Assembly (NCBI GenBank): GCA_045641645.1
Contig: JAZUHK010000047.1
Coordinates: 51,316-115,315 of the forward strand
From: Kiritimatiellia bacterium
GTDB taxonomy: Bacteria > Verrucomicrobiota > Kiritimatiellia > RFP12 > UBA1067
DNA: 64,000 bases
Direction: 5' to 3'
The position numbers and the translations under genes are program-made. Under the pieces are notes generated by a model. That model worked only from the letters and a program-made list of their open reading frames with translations, did not search any database and had not been told where the DNA came from. Positions within the stretch are counted from its first letter, which is position 1; each line of letters begins with the position of its first letter. Positions 37,518 to 46,023 of the stretch are shown piece by piece.

Positions 37518-37641
37518 CATTGGTGAAGACGAGTACCTTTTTCATGCTGGAGAAGATTATAGCACACCATTTGCATAAAAGGATAGTAAAATAATTGCGT
37601 AATACGCAATCTATTGACGCGGCAGAGATGGTAGAATATGT
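37517..37641. repeat. Second copy of the 125-bp promoter/operator block, including the palindrome TTGCGTAATACGCAA at 37595-37609
   Basis: Begins exactly at the stop codon of the upstream gene and ends at the start of the downstream gene. Confidence 0.85.
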
Positions 37642-38840
37642 TGACACCTAAAATGGGATGGAGTATGATTCTACTGATAGCTACGATTTTTTCGATGTCC
37701 TTCAAGGTGACCGCGCTCAACGGCGAGTTGACGCGCCCGGGAGTGAAGGAGCGGGCGGCGGCTTGGCTCAAGACGCATCACATCACCAAGGTCTATTTGG
37801 AGACCTACCGTCACGCCGAGTATGTGCCGACTGAGCGGCTGGTCGCCTATCGGGACTGGTTTCGGACGAATGGCTTCGAGGTGGCGGGACTGTTGACCCC
37901 GACGATGCTCAACGATCCGGAAAAGCCAGGGGAAAAGCCGCCTTACTGTTGCTGTTGGAGTGATCCTAAATGCCGCGAGCGATTAGCGGCAGAGTCCGTG
38001 CGCGCGGCGGGCGTTTTCGATACGGTGCTGTTGGATGATTTTCTCTTCGATTGCTGCACCTGTCCGCGTTGCACGCGGCTTAAGGAGGAGAGCGGCAAGT
38101 CGCTGGACGATTTTCGCTTCGACCACATGGAGGATCTTTGCCGTAAGGCGATCTATGAGCCCGCGAAGGCGGCGCATCCGAAGAGCCGCTTCATCATCAA
38201 GTTCCAGTGCTGGTATAAGGGGTGGTCCACGTCGGGGACGGATCCGAAGCGGCTCACTAATGTCTTCGGCGCGTGTTGGATCGGCACCGAGTCGCGTGAC
38301 AATTGTGACGATCCGATGCAATCGGCGTGGATTACGCCGTATGTGGACGATTTGACGGGCGGCCGTTGCGAGGGCTGCTGGTTTGATCCGCTCGACTCGA
38401 CGCCCGAGCGTTATGTGCAGCAGGCGCGCTATACGATTCTCGGCGGTACGCGGGAAACGCTTTTCCACGCTTATGACTATCTGCTCGCCGAAGACCCCGG
38501 CGGCGTGCCGTTCGGGCAGAGCCCGAAAGGCGGTCACGCATGCCGCGCGGCGCTGGAAGCGGAGATTGACGGGCTCTGGCGTCTCGCGGAGATAGTGGGA
38601 CCGCTCAGGCCCGTTGAGCAGAAGTTGGAGCCAAATGGCGTCTCGCGGCATCTTTTCCGCGAGGGCCAAACGCTCTATACGGCTTATCAGAATACAACCA
38701 ATGAAGCGCGAGCGGTGGTTATGCCGGCGAGAGCAAAGGTGAGCTTGATTCTACCCGACGATTCCGGCTACGAGCCGTCCACGGTGGTGCTTAAGCCGCA
38801 TGCTTTCGTGCTGTTTGCGCATCCGGTGGTGCAGAAGTAA
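37638..38840 (+). CDS. Standalone paralog of the Cys-rich central domain of 34191-37517 (unknown function; possibly a TIM-barrel glycosidase-like fold)
   Basis: …ITKVYLETYRHAEYVPTERL…CCCWSDPKCRERL…LLDDFLFDCCTCPRCT…CWIGTESRD…GRCEGCWFDPLDSTPERYVQQARYTILGG… aligns with residues ~330-640 of the upstream protein. Confidence 0.55.
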   Translation: MLTPKMGWSMILLIATIFSMSFKVTALNGELTRPGVKERAAAWLKTHHITKVYLETYRHAEYVPTERLVAYRDWFRTNGFEVAGLLTPTMLNDPEKPGEKPPYCCCWSDPKCRERLAAESVRAAGVFDTVLLDDFLFDCCTCPRCTRLKEESGKSLDDFRFDHMEDLCRKAIYEPAKAAHPKSRFIIKFQCWYKGWSTSGTDPKRLTNVFGACWIGTESRDNCDDPMQSAWITPYVDDLTGGRCEGCWFDPLDSTPERYVQQARYTILGGTRETLFHAYDYLLAEDPGGVPFGQSPKGGHACRAALEAEIDGLWRLAEIVGPLRPVEQKLEPNGVSRHLFREGQTLYTAYQNTTNEARAVVMPARAKVSLILPDDSGYEPSTVVLKPHAFVLFAHPVVQK

Positions 38841-38967
38841 TCGGCTTTATTACGCGGCGTTGAAAGAGCGTTTCTGACACGGTTGCGCGGTGAAAGCCGA
38901 ATAGCCGACGTTGCCGTCAATTTCGCCGACGTGCCGGACTGGGCGGCGACAGGGTTCGCGAATAATG

Positions 38968-38976
38968 TGCTATAAT
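38968..38976 (+). promoter_or_regulatory. Extended -10 TGcTATAAT upstream of the GH92 gene
   Basis: aatgtgctataatatttggc. Confidence 0.35.
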
Positions 38977-39070
38977 ATTTGGCATGAGAGCATTGCGTAA
39001 CTTCATGTCCAATCGCGGTTATCAGCTGATCAGCAGGGTTGTACGCCGTGCGTTCTTGCTTGACCCTCGA

Positions 39071-41320
39071 ATGCTGATAACTTTCATGGCCGCGGCCTTG
39101 GCCGCGGGAGTGTCCGCGGCGGAAGCGCCGCAGGAAACGCCGCTCGCGGCGCCGGATCTGTTCATCGGCACGCAGGGGCTCGGGCATGTTTCGCCGGCGG
39201 CGGCGTGGCCGTTCGGCATGGTGCAGGCGGGGCCCGATACGTCGAAGACGCCGGAGCGCTATTTCGGCGATTGGCCGCATACCTGCGGCTACCAGCATAA
39301 TGACCGGTTCCTCTGGCGTTTCTCGCAATGCCGGTTCTACGGCATCGGATGCGGCTCGATGGGATTCTTCGGGCTGTTGCCGTCCGCGAGTCCCTTTGAT
39401 GCGGCGAATCACGCCTATGCGAAGGAGATGGACAAGGCGACCGAGAAGGCCATTCCCGGATACTACACGGTGACGCTGAAGGAGGGGAAGGTGCGTTGCG
39501 AGATGACGGCGCTCGCCCGTTCGGCGGCGTATCGTTTCGACTTCGCTCGCGGCGGCCGCGCCTATCTTCTGGTCGATCCGGGATGGGGCTGTCAGCTGGA
39601 CGAGCCGAAGCGCAGGGTGGATATGGCCGGTATCGACGCGTGCTTCGGCCGTTACGTGCTCGACTCAGAAGCGCGCGTTCAGACGCCGACGCGCCTTGCC
39701 TTGCACACGCGGCAGATGGATTGGAATGACGTTGAATGCTGGGGCGTCGCCGAGCTCTCTTCGCCGATCGTCTCGTCCCGGAAACTTCGCGCGGCGAAGT
39801 TTCCGCATGGCGAGATCGTCGAATACGGCTTCGACCTGCCGACGAACGGCGTTTTGGAGGTGCGACTCGCCTTGTCCCGCACGTCGATTCGGGCGGCGGC
39901 GAAGAATCTGGCATCGGAGATGCCGGACTTCGATTTCGACGGGGCGAGGGCGAAGGTCGCCGCCGAATGGAAACGGCGGCTATCGGCGCTTAGGCTCGAT
40001 CCGGCGACGCCAGAGCCGGTGAAGACGATCTTCGAGTCGGCTTTTTACCGCACGATGATCCATCCGAGCGATCTTGGTGATGTTGGCGGTAAGCGCGCTT
40101 ATTCCAATCTCTCGCTCTGGGACATCTTCCGCTCCTGTTCGCCGCTGCAGACGATCTTCGCGCCGGAGGTGACAGGCGGACTTGTCGAGTCGATGTGCGA
40201 TATCTTCGACCGTCAGGGGTATCTTCCGATTCTGCATACGTGGGGCGTCGATAACCACTGCATGATCGGGCATCACGCGGTGCCGATCATCGTGGACGCC
40301 TATCTTAAGGGCATCGGCGGCTTTGACGCCGAACGCGCTTACGAGGCGGTGAAGGATTCGCTGACCGTGATGCATGTGAAAGCCGGTAACGGCACTTGGG
40401 GGCTTTTGAAGGAGGATTGGGATGTCTATGACGCCTACGGCTACTATCCGTTTGACAAGTTGACCGGCGAATATCACGGGCAGGTGGTGAAGGGCGAATC
40501 CGTCTCCCGTACGCTCGAGTGCGCCTACAATGACGCCTGCGCGGCGAAATTCGCCGCGGCGCTCGGCAAGCGGGAGGACGCGGCGTTTTTCGCGAAGCGC
40601 GCGCAGAGCTGGAAGAACGTCTTCGATGCGTCCGTCGGCTTCATGCGCGGCAAGGATTCGAAAGGCCGCTGGCGCGAGCCGTTCGACCCGAAGTCGTGCG
40701 GCGCGGGGCCGTGGGCGGAGAACGACTTCACCGAAGGTAACTCCTGGCAATATACGTGGCATGTGATGCACGATATCCCGGGGCTTGTCGCGGCGATGGG
40801 CGGCAAGGAGAAGTTCGGCGCGAAGCTGCAGGCGCTCTTTGAGCAGACGGACGAGGTTTACGGCAGTTCGTTCACGCACGATGTCTCGGGGCTGATCGGG
40901 CAGTATGCGCACGGCAACGAGCCGAGCCATCATGTCGCGTATCTCTTTCGCTGGTCGGACCGTCCGGAGAAGACCGATGAATACGTCGGCCGCATCTGCC
41001 GCGAGCTTTACGGGCCTAAGCCGGACGGCTGTTGCGGCAATGACGATTCGGGGGCGATGGCGGCGTGGTATGTCTTTTCGGCGCTCGGGTTCTATCCGGT
41101 GGATGCCTGTGGCGGGGAATACGTCATCGGCGCGCCGCAGGTGCCGGGTGCGACCTTGCGGTTGCCGAACGGCAAGGTGTTCAGGATGGAAGCGAAGGGA
41201 TTCGGTGGGGAGAAGAGGTATGTGAAGTCGGTGACTTGGAATGGGCGCAAGATTGTGAATTGGCGTTTTCGGCATGAGGAACTGTTGGCGGGGGGAGTGC
41301 TTGGTTTTGAGTTGGAGTAA
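39071..41320 (+). CDS. GH92 family alpha-mannosidase (secreted)
   Basis: Signal peptide MLITFMAAALAAGVSAAEA. GH92-like blocks …YSNLSLWDIFRS…, …HAVPIIVDAYLKGIGGFD…, …GNEPSHHVAYLF…CGNDDSGAMAAWYVFSALGFYPV…. The ORF track offers an earlier ATG at 38984. Confidence 0.65.
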   Translation: MLITFMAAALAAGVSAAEAPQETPLAAPDLFIGTQGLGHVSPAAAWPFGMVQAGPDTSKTPERYFGDWPHTCGYQHNDRFLWRFSQCRFYGIGCGSMGFFGLLPSASPFDAANHAYAKEMDKATEKAIPGYYTVTLKEGKVRCEMTALARSAAYRFDFARGGRAYLLVDPGWGCQLDEPKRRVDMAGIDACFGRYVLDSEARVQTPTRLALHTRQMDWNDVECWGVAELSSPIVSSRKLRAAKFPHGEIVEYGFDLPTNGVLEVRLALSRTSIRAAAKNLASEMPDFDFDGARAKVAAEWKRRLSALRLDPATPEPVKTIFESAFYRTMIHPSDLGDVGGKRAYSNLSLWDIFRSCSPLQTIFAPEVTGGLVESMCDIFDRQGYLPILHTWGVDNHCMIGHHAVPIIVDAYLKGIGGFDAERAYEAVKDSLTVMHVKAGNGTWGLLKEDWDVYDAYGYYPFDKLTGEYHGQVVKGESVSRTLECAYNDACAAKFAAALGKREDAAFFAKRAQSWKNVFDASVGFMRGKDSKGRWREPFDPKSCGAGPWAENDFTEGNSWQYTWHVMHDIPGLVAAMGGKEKFGAKLQALFEQTDEVYGSSFTHDVSGLIGQYAHGNEPSHHVAYLFRWSDRPEKTDEYVGRICRELYGPKPDGCCGNDDSGAMAAWYVFSALGFYPVDACGGEYVIGAPQVPGATLRLPNGKVFRMEAKGFGGEKRYVKSVTWNGRKIVNWRFRHEELLAGGVLGFELE

Positions 41321-41347
41321 GAGTTGGAGTTGGAGAGTGGCGGAAAG
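41309..41347. repeat. Second copy of the GGAG-rich spacer (gagttggagtaagagttggagttggagagtggcggaaag)
   Basis: Matches 4236-4273; here it overlaps the GH92 stop codon. Confidence 0.7.
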
Positions 41348-41421
41348 ATTCTGAGTGAAGGAGATTTTGACCACGTCGGTCGTGGTCTGTCCTATGGCCG
41401 CCGCAGCCGCGGATCCGCGGA

Positions 41422-43203
41422 TCAGTCGTCGAGCGCGCGGAGATCGAGCTTAAGGACCTTCGCCGCCGAGCCCTGGCGCTGGCCCGGCTCTTGCTTGGCT
41501 CCACTGACGTATTCGCGCCCCATTACCGCATTGGTGGGAAGCCCCACGTCGCTCGGCAGATCGGCGGGATTCGCGATGCCGATCGTCACGCACACGATGA
41601 TCTCCTTCTGCACCTTCTGGCGGCTCTTCCAGCCGAAGAGCTTCGGACCGATCCACGGGATCTTGCGGAGATAGGGGATGCCGGAATCGACATCGTCCTC
41701 CACGGTGCGCGAGAGTCCGCCGATGACCGCCGTTGAGCCGTCCTTCATCGTGAACTCGGTGGTGATGCGCTTCATTGCGATTACCGGGAAGAGCCCGTAG
41801 GAACTGTCGCTCTGGATGTTGTAGAAGCCGGTGGCGGTGGTCTCGGTATCGAGTTGCGAAATGGTGGGGATGATCTCGACGGAAATGAGACCGTCGGGCG
41901 AGATGCGCGGCTTGACGCTCAGCTCGATGCCCCACTGGTAGAAGCAGGAGCCGGAGAAGAGCGCCTTGTCGCGGTAGTCGAGCTCTTTGTGCCCGCGCTC
42001 GCCGGGGATCTCCTGGATCTCGGCGGCAGTGTCGAGATAGGCGCCGTAGCTGGTGTCGTTGCGCTGCGAGGTGAGTTTCACGTTCGGAAACTTGGTGGTC
42101 ATATCGACGACGGCCTCCTTGCCGTTGGAGACGATGACCTTCGGGTTGGAGAAGATCCTGCCTTCGCCGAACTCCTCGAAGGCCGAGAGTGCGAGGCGGA
42201 AGTCGTCGGCGGAGAGCTGGCCGGAAAAGCCGGAGGCGTTGCGCCAACCCATCGATTCCGCCGAAAGCCCGGCGCCCGTCGCTTCCTTGATGGCGTCCGG
42301 GCGCAGAAAATTCGCAGTGGTATAGTCGCGTACGGACTTGCCGTCGGAGATGTCGTTGCCTTCGGCATTGAACTGCTTGGGCTGGTAGAAGTGGTCGGAC
42401 TTGCCGTTCGAATAGTGAGCGGCCTTGCCGCTGTTGAATTCGATGCCGCCGGAGATGTTCTTGGCCGTCATCCCCCAGCTTTCGAGCTGGTTCCACTGGA
42501 TGCCCAGCTTGTGCATCGCCTCGCTCGAAAGTTCGAGGAAACGCGCCTCGATGTAGATCTGGGCGACGGCCTTGTCCACGGCCTTGACGATCGATTCGCA
42601 GTCGGCGATGGTCTTTTCGGTGGCGGTGACGACCACCACGTTGGCGCCCGCGAAGCAGGTGGCGACGGGAATGGTGATTTCGCCCTTGTCGTCCTTCTGG
42701 CCGTAGGACTGGTTGAAGAGCACGGTCAGCTCGGAGGCGGAGGCGTGATTGAGCGTGAAGGTCTTGGTGAGGATGGGATCCGCGACCTTGTCTTCCTTGA
42801 CGAAGTAGATTTCGCCGCGTTTCTCCAGCCGATAGTTGCGCGAATTGAGGATCGACTGAAGGGCGTCGAACCAGGGGACACGGTGAAGGTTCACCGAGAC
42901 GCGCCGCAGGAGGTTGGTGGAATCGTCGGAGATGATGTTCGCATCCGTCACCTTGCGGAACTGCCGCAGGACATCGGCCAGCGTGGTGTCGTCGCAGGCG
43001 ATATCGACGAGCGTCGTCGCCGCCGGCGAGTCGAGCCGCGAGATCCGCGCCTGATGCGCGGCATCGGCGGAATCGTCGATTTCCCCGAGATCGATCACGT
43101 CGGCCTTCATCTCTACGGCGGCGGCCGGGGTGACGGCGCTTTCTTCGGCGAAGGCGCCGAAGCAGGCGAGCAGCAAGGCAAAGAGGACGTGTTTCTGGTT
43201 CAT
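41422..43203 (-). CDS. Secretin (GspD/PilQ family outer-membrane channel)
   Basis: Signal peptide, N-domains, and a C-terminal secretin block …VIGGLSRTVEDDVDSGIPYLRKIPWIGPKLFGWKSRQKVQKEIIVCVT…. Confidence 0.8.
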   Translation of the reverse strand: MNQKHVLFALLLACFGAFAEESAVTPAAAVEMKADVIDLGEIDDSADAAHQARISRLDSPAATTLVDIACDDTTLADVLRQFRKVTDANIISDDSTNLLRRVSVNLHRVPWFDALQSILNSRNYRLEKRGEIYFVKEDKVADPILTKTFTLNHASASELTVLFNQSYGQKDDKGEITIPVATCFAGANVVVVTATEKTIADCESIVKAVDKAVAQIYIEARFLELSSEAMHKLGIQWNQLESWGMTAKNISGGIEFNSGKAAHYSNGKSDHFYQPKQFNAEGNDISDGKSVRDYTTANFLRPDAIKEATGAGLSAESMGWRNASGFSGQLSADDFRLALSAFEEFGEGRIFSNPKVIVSNGKEAVVDMTTKFPNVKLTSQRNDTSYGAYLDTAAEIQEIPGERGHKELDYRDKALFSGSCFYQWGIELSVKPRISPDGLISVEIIPTISQLDTETTATGFYNIQSDSSYGLFPVIAMKRITTEFTMKDGSTAVIGGLSRTVEDDVDSGIPYLRKIPWIGPKLFGWKSRQKVQKEIIVCVTIGIANPADLPSDVGLPTNAVMGREYVSGAKQEPGQRQGSAAKVLKLDLRALDD

Positions 43204-43703
43204 TGGCCGGATCCTTTCTCTTCCGGGGAGGTTGGGATTTCGCGCAATTTGACGCGCAGAAGCTTCAGGGTGTTGGTTGCCGCCGACATCTGGAGGCGCC
43301 AGGTGAAGCGGTAGCCATTGTGGTTGACGGAAATGAGGTCGCCGTCGGCATAGACCTTGCCGTTGACGGTGACGGCCGAACGGCCGGCGTCGGCGTCGGT
43401 TCTCAGGGTGCTGCCGAATCTGAGCGTCTTGCGCGCCCGCGTCCAGAGGCGGTCGATGCCGGGGCCGTCTGCCATGTTGACGGGCTCGAATTCGGCAGCG
43501 GCCGTGGCGGTGACATTGGTGGCGGCGGTTTTCGTGTCGGGCGCTGCCGCCGGAGCCGCAATCCGGACCTGCGGGTCCTCGACGATCGCTTCGCGTTCGC
43601 CGACGTAGCCCTCCGGCCAGAAGGGATTGCGCAGCGGCGTGGCGGCGGCGAGGAGCGCGGCGAGGAGCATGGTCATCGGACGGCTCCTTTCTTCATGGGC
43701 CAT
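43200..43703 (-). CDS. PilP-like pilus assembly protein (hypothetical)
   Basis: Small protein with signal/lipoprotein-like N-terminus and a beta-rich C-terminus, encoded between the PilO-like gene and the secretin (pilMNOPQ order). Confidence 0.4.
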   Translation of the reverse strand: MAHEERSRPMTMLLAALLAAATPLRNPFWPEGYVGEREAIVEDPQVRIAAPAAAPDTKTAATNVTATAAAEFEPVNMADGPGIDRLWTRARKTLRFGSTLRTDADAGRSAVTVNGKVYADGDLISVNHNGYRFTWRLQMSAATNTLKLLRVKLREIPTSPEEKGSGQ

Positions 43704-44260
43704 TCGAAAACGAAGGTGATCTGCTGCAGTTCGGGATCGGCCGTCGCCGTGACCGAGAGCGCGGTGAGGGATACGAGCTCGAAGCGCTTTTCCACGCAGC
43801 GAACGAGGGATACGGCCGCTTGGTAACTGCCGCGGCAGGTGATCCGGATCGGTTCGCGCACGAATTGCTCCTGCGCGGCGAGACCGAAGACGGGCAGTGC
43901 GACGGGTTCTTGGGCCTCGTACTCGAGATTGATGAGCCCGCAGCCGGTGGCAAGCGGATCGATCAGCGCCTTTGCGCGCATGGCCGTCGATTCGAGGAGG
44001 GGCGTCATCAGCCCCGCATCGTAGGTAGCGCGGCGGACGGATTTCTCGTTCAGCCCGCGGAGGATGATCTCCTTTTGCGCGAGATCGTCAAGGACGGTGC
44101 GCTGGCGGACGATCTGCTCTTCCAGGACGGCGTGGGCCGCCGTCAGGTTGAGATCGGCAGGTTCGATGACGCCGAAGTAGAACGCCGCGCCGACGACGCC
44201 GAAGGCGAGCGTGAGCAGGAGGGATTGCCGGGTGTCTGGCGGCCTTAGCTGGAGTTTCAC
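43673..44260 (-). CDS. PilO-like inner-membrane pilus assembly protein
   Basis: GTG start 8 nt after an AGGAGG RBS, single N-terminal TM (LLLTLAFGVVGAAFYFGVI) then a coiled coil. The longer ORF start at 44791 lacks an RBS and overlaps the PilN-like gene. Confidence 0.5.
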   Translation of the reverse strand: MKLQLRPPDTRQSLLLTLAFGVVGAAFYFGVIEPADLNLTAAHAVLEEQIVRQRTVLDDLAQKEIILRGLNEKSVRRATYDAGLMTPLLESTAMRAKALIDPLATGCGLINLEYEAQEPVALPVFGLAAQEQFVREPIRITCRGSYQAAVSLVRCVEKRFELVSLTALSVTATADPELQQITFVFEWPMKKGAVR

Positions 44261-44913
44261 GGCGTGAACCTCCTCTCCTGGACGAGATATTCGATATCGA
44301 AGACGAGTTTCCGCTGTTCTTCGCCTTTCTTCGGCAGGTCCTGCTTGAACGCCTTGACCCGCGGACTGACGATCCCTTCTTCGGGATGCTGACAGACCTC
44401 CAGCAGGTTGGTGAAGGGCTCGGCCGTGAGCGAACGCATCAGCATAAGCACCGGCTGTTCCTGCGGGGTGCGCCCGACGAGCGAGAAGGTAGTGCGTTCG
44501 ACATATCCCGTCGATGGCTCGGCAATCTCCGGCAAGGCCGGCGGCGGCATCGAGAGGGTGACGAGCTGGACTTGCGGCGGCATCACTTCGGCGAGCGCGC
44601 CGAGCGCCGAACCGACGCGGCGAACCGATTTGCGGTAGCAGTCGAGCTGCTCCAGCTGGGCATCGAGCTCGTTGGCTTCCGCCATCAGCTCGATGATCTC
44701 CTGGTGGGGATTGGTCTGTTGGACGAGCTCTTGGTCGATCCGTCCGCTCATGGACTTGGTGAGCATCAGCTGCCCGACGAGGATCGCCCACCAGATGACC
44801 AGCCCCACGCAGGCGAAAAGCGCGAAGATTGGAGCCATCACGCGGAAGCGGACGGGCGAGGAGCTCACGCGCTCCGAAGGACGGAGGAGATTGAGATGAA
44901 GCGGCGTCTTCAT
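44257..44913 (-). CDS. PilN-like protein
   Basis: N-terminal LNLLRP-type motif, one TM (MAPIFALFACVGLVIWWAILV), and a coiled coil. Confidence 0.5.
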   Translation of the reverse strand: MKTPLHLNLLRPSERVSSSPVRFRVMAPIFALFACVGLVIWWAILVGQLMLTKSMSGRIDQELVQQTNPHQEIIELMAEANELDAQLEQLDCYRKSVRRVGSALGALAEVMPPQVQLVTLSMPPPALPEIAEPSTGYVERTTFSLVGRTPQEQPVLMLMRSLTAEPFTNLLEVCQHPEEGIVSPRVKAFKQDLPKKGEEQRKLVFDIEYLVQERRFTP

Positions 44914-45965
44914 GCGACGCGCTCCTCTCCCATCAGTGCCAACGCCGCCCCCAGCGCGGCGGCGAAGGCCTCGGATCCGGCGGCTCCCGGTACGGCAGAC
45001 AGATCGATGTCTAATTTAAGCCCGTCGAGGGGATTGACGCTGCAGAGCGGCAGCTTGAGCCGTTCTTCGACGAGGGCTCCGAAATAGCGGTCGTCAGGCG
45101 GAATGCCCAGCGCGAGGATGCGGGCGGGGGCGGCACCGAGCGTGCCGACGAGATAGTCGCGAGAGGCGCCGAGTTCGTTGAGAAGCGGCGCGAGGAGCGG
45201 CTCCAGCGCGGGCCGAGGATCGATGAGCGTGTCGCTCAGGACGCATGCGGCCATGTTCTCGCCGAGCCCCAGCCGCCGTTCGAGCGCGGCGGAAAGTTCG
45301 CGCCAGCCGGCGAGTTCGCGACAGTTCCGCCAGAGGACGAGTTCGCCGCCCTTGTAGCCGGCGACGGAGAATTCCGCAGGCGAAGCGAAGAGCACGACGG
45401 CGGTGCCGCCGTCGGCGATGAAGGCGGGCGTATTGTGCAGACAGGCGGCGAGCGCGGCGTGACGCACTTGGATGGAGGCCGCCGTGGGACGGTATCCCTC
45501 GGGCAGCAGTCGCGAGAGCCAGAGCACTTGGTATTCGGGGAGCGACGCTTCCATCACGAAGCCCGCGCTCGCGGCGAGCGGCTTCATTACATGGCGTATG
45601 CCGCCGTGGGATACGGGAACACCGGGAGCGATGTCAAAAGCGAAGGCGTCGCGCGTCGTCTGCGAAAAGGTGGCGTTGGCTGCGGAAACCGCGAGCGCGG
45701 CGACGGGAGATTGAAAAGGCGAAGGGAGCGACCACGAACAGCTTTTCGCCGCTGCTTCCCACGAGGTGGGCAGGGGTGCGGAGGGCGGCGGTACGAAGCC
45801 GACGGCGGCGAGATGGATGACGCCTTTGCGCTTGACGAGCCGTACGGCCGGTGCGCCGAGCGCTTCGCCGGAAGTAAGATCGATGCCGCAGACATCAACA
45901 AACGACAGACCTTTCGGTTCGCCGCCGAGAGTCAGGGTTTTCGTCTTAGTAAGTTGGATTTCCAT
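44910..45965 (-). CDS. PilM-like actin-fold pilus assembly ATPase-like protein
   Basis: About 350 aa at the first position of the pilMNOPQ-like operon, with an actin-like fold pattern (GIDLTSG…). Confidence 0.5.
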   Translation of the reverse strand: MEIQLTKTKTLTLGGEPKGLSFVDVCGIDLTSGEALGAPAVRLVKRKGVIHLAAVGFVPPPSAPLPTSWEAAAKSCSWSLPSPFQSPVAALAVSAANATFSQTTRDAFAFDIAPGVPVSHGGIRHVMKPLAASAGFVMEASLPEYQVLWLSRLLPEGYRPTAASIQVRHAALAACLHNTPAFIADGGTAVVLFASPAEFSVAGYKGGELVLWRNCRELAGWRELSAALERRLGLGENMAACVLSDTLIDPRPALEPLLAPLLNELGASRDYLVGTLGAAPARILALGIPPDDRYFGALVEERLKLPLCSVNPLDGLKLDIDLSAVPGAAGSEAFAAALGAALALMGEERVA

Positions 45966-46003
45966 CAGCGGAAAATATTATACCAAAAATTCGGGCACAA
46001 AAT

Positions 46004-46012
46004 ATGGTATAA
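46004..46012 (+). promoter_or_regulatory. Extended -10 TGGTATAAT upstream of the response-regulator gene
   Basis: aaatatggtataatgttcg, ~12 nt before the ATG. Confidence 0.4.
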
Positions 46013-46023
46013 TGTTCGCCGAC

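Noticed and set aside
21600-41400. Mobile-element boundaries (transposase or integrase) for the accessory glycan region
   Set aside because: No transposase, integrase or recombinase ORFs and no flanking direct repeats were found. Only the tRNA at 9.9 kb could serve as an attachment site, and it is too distant. Island status cannot be supported from sequence alone.
41450-42496. 348-aa plus-frame ORF inside the secretin region, and 486-aa ORF 41854-43314
   Set aside because: They overlap the secretin gene, whose C-terminal secretin block is unmistakable; their translations are Arg/His-rich and low-complexity.
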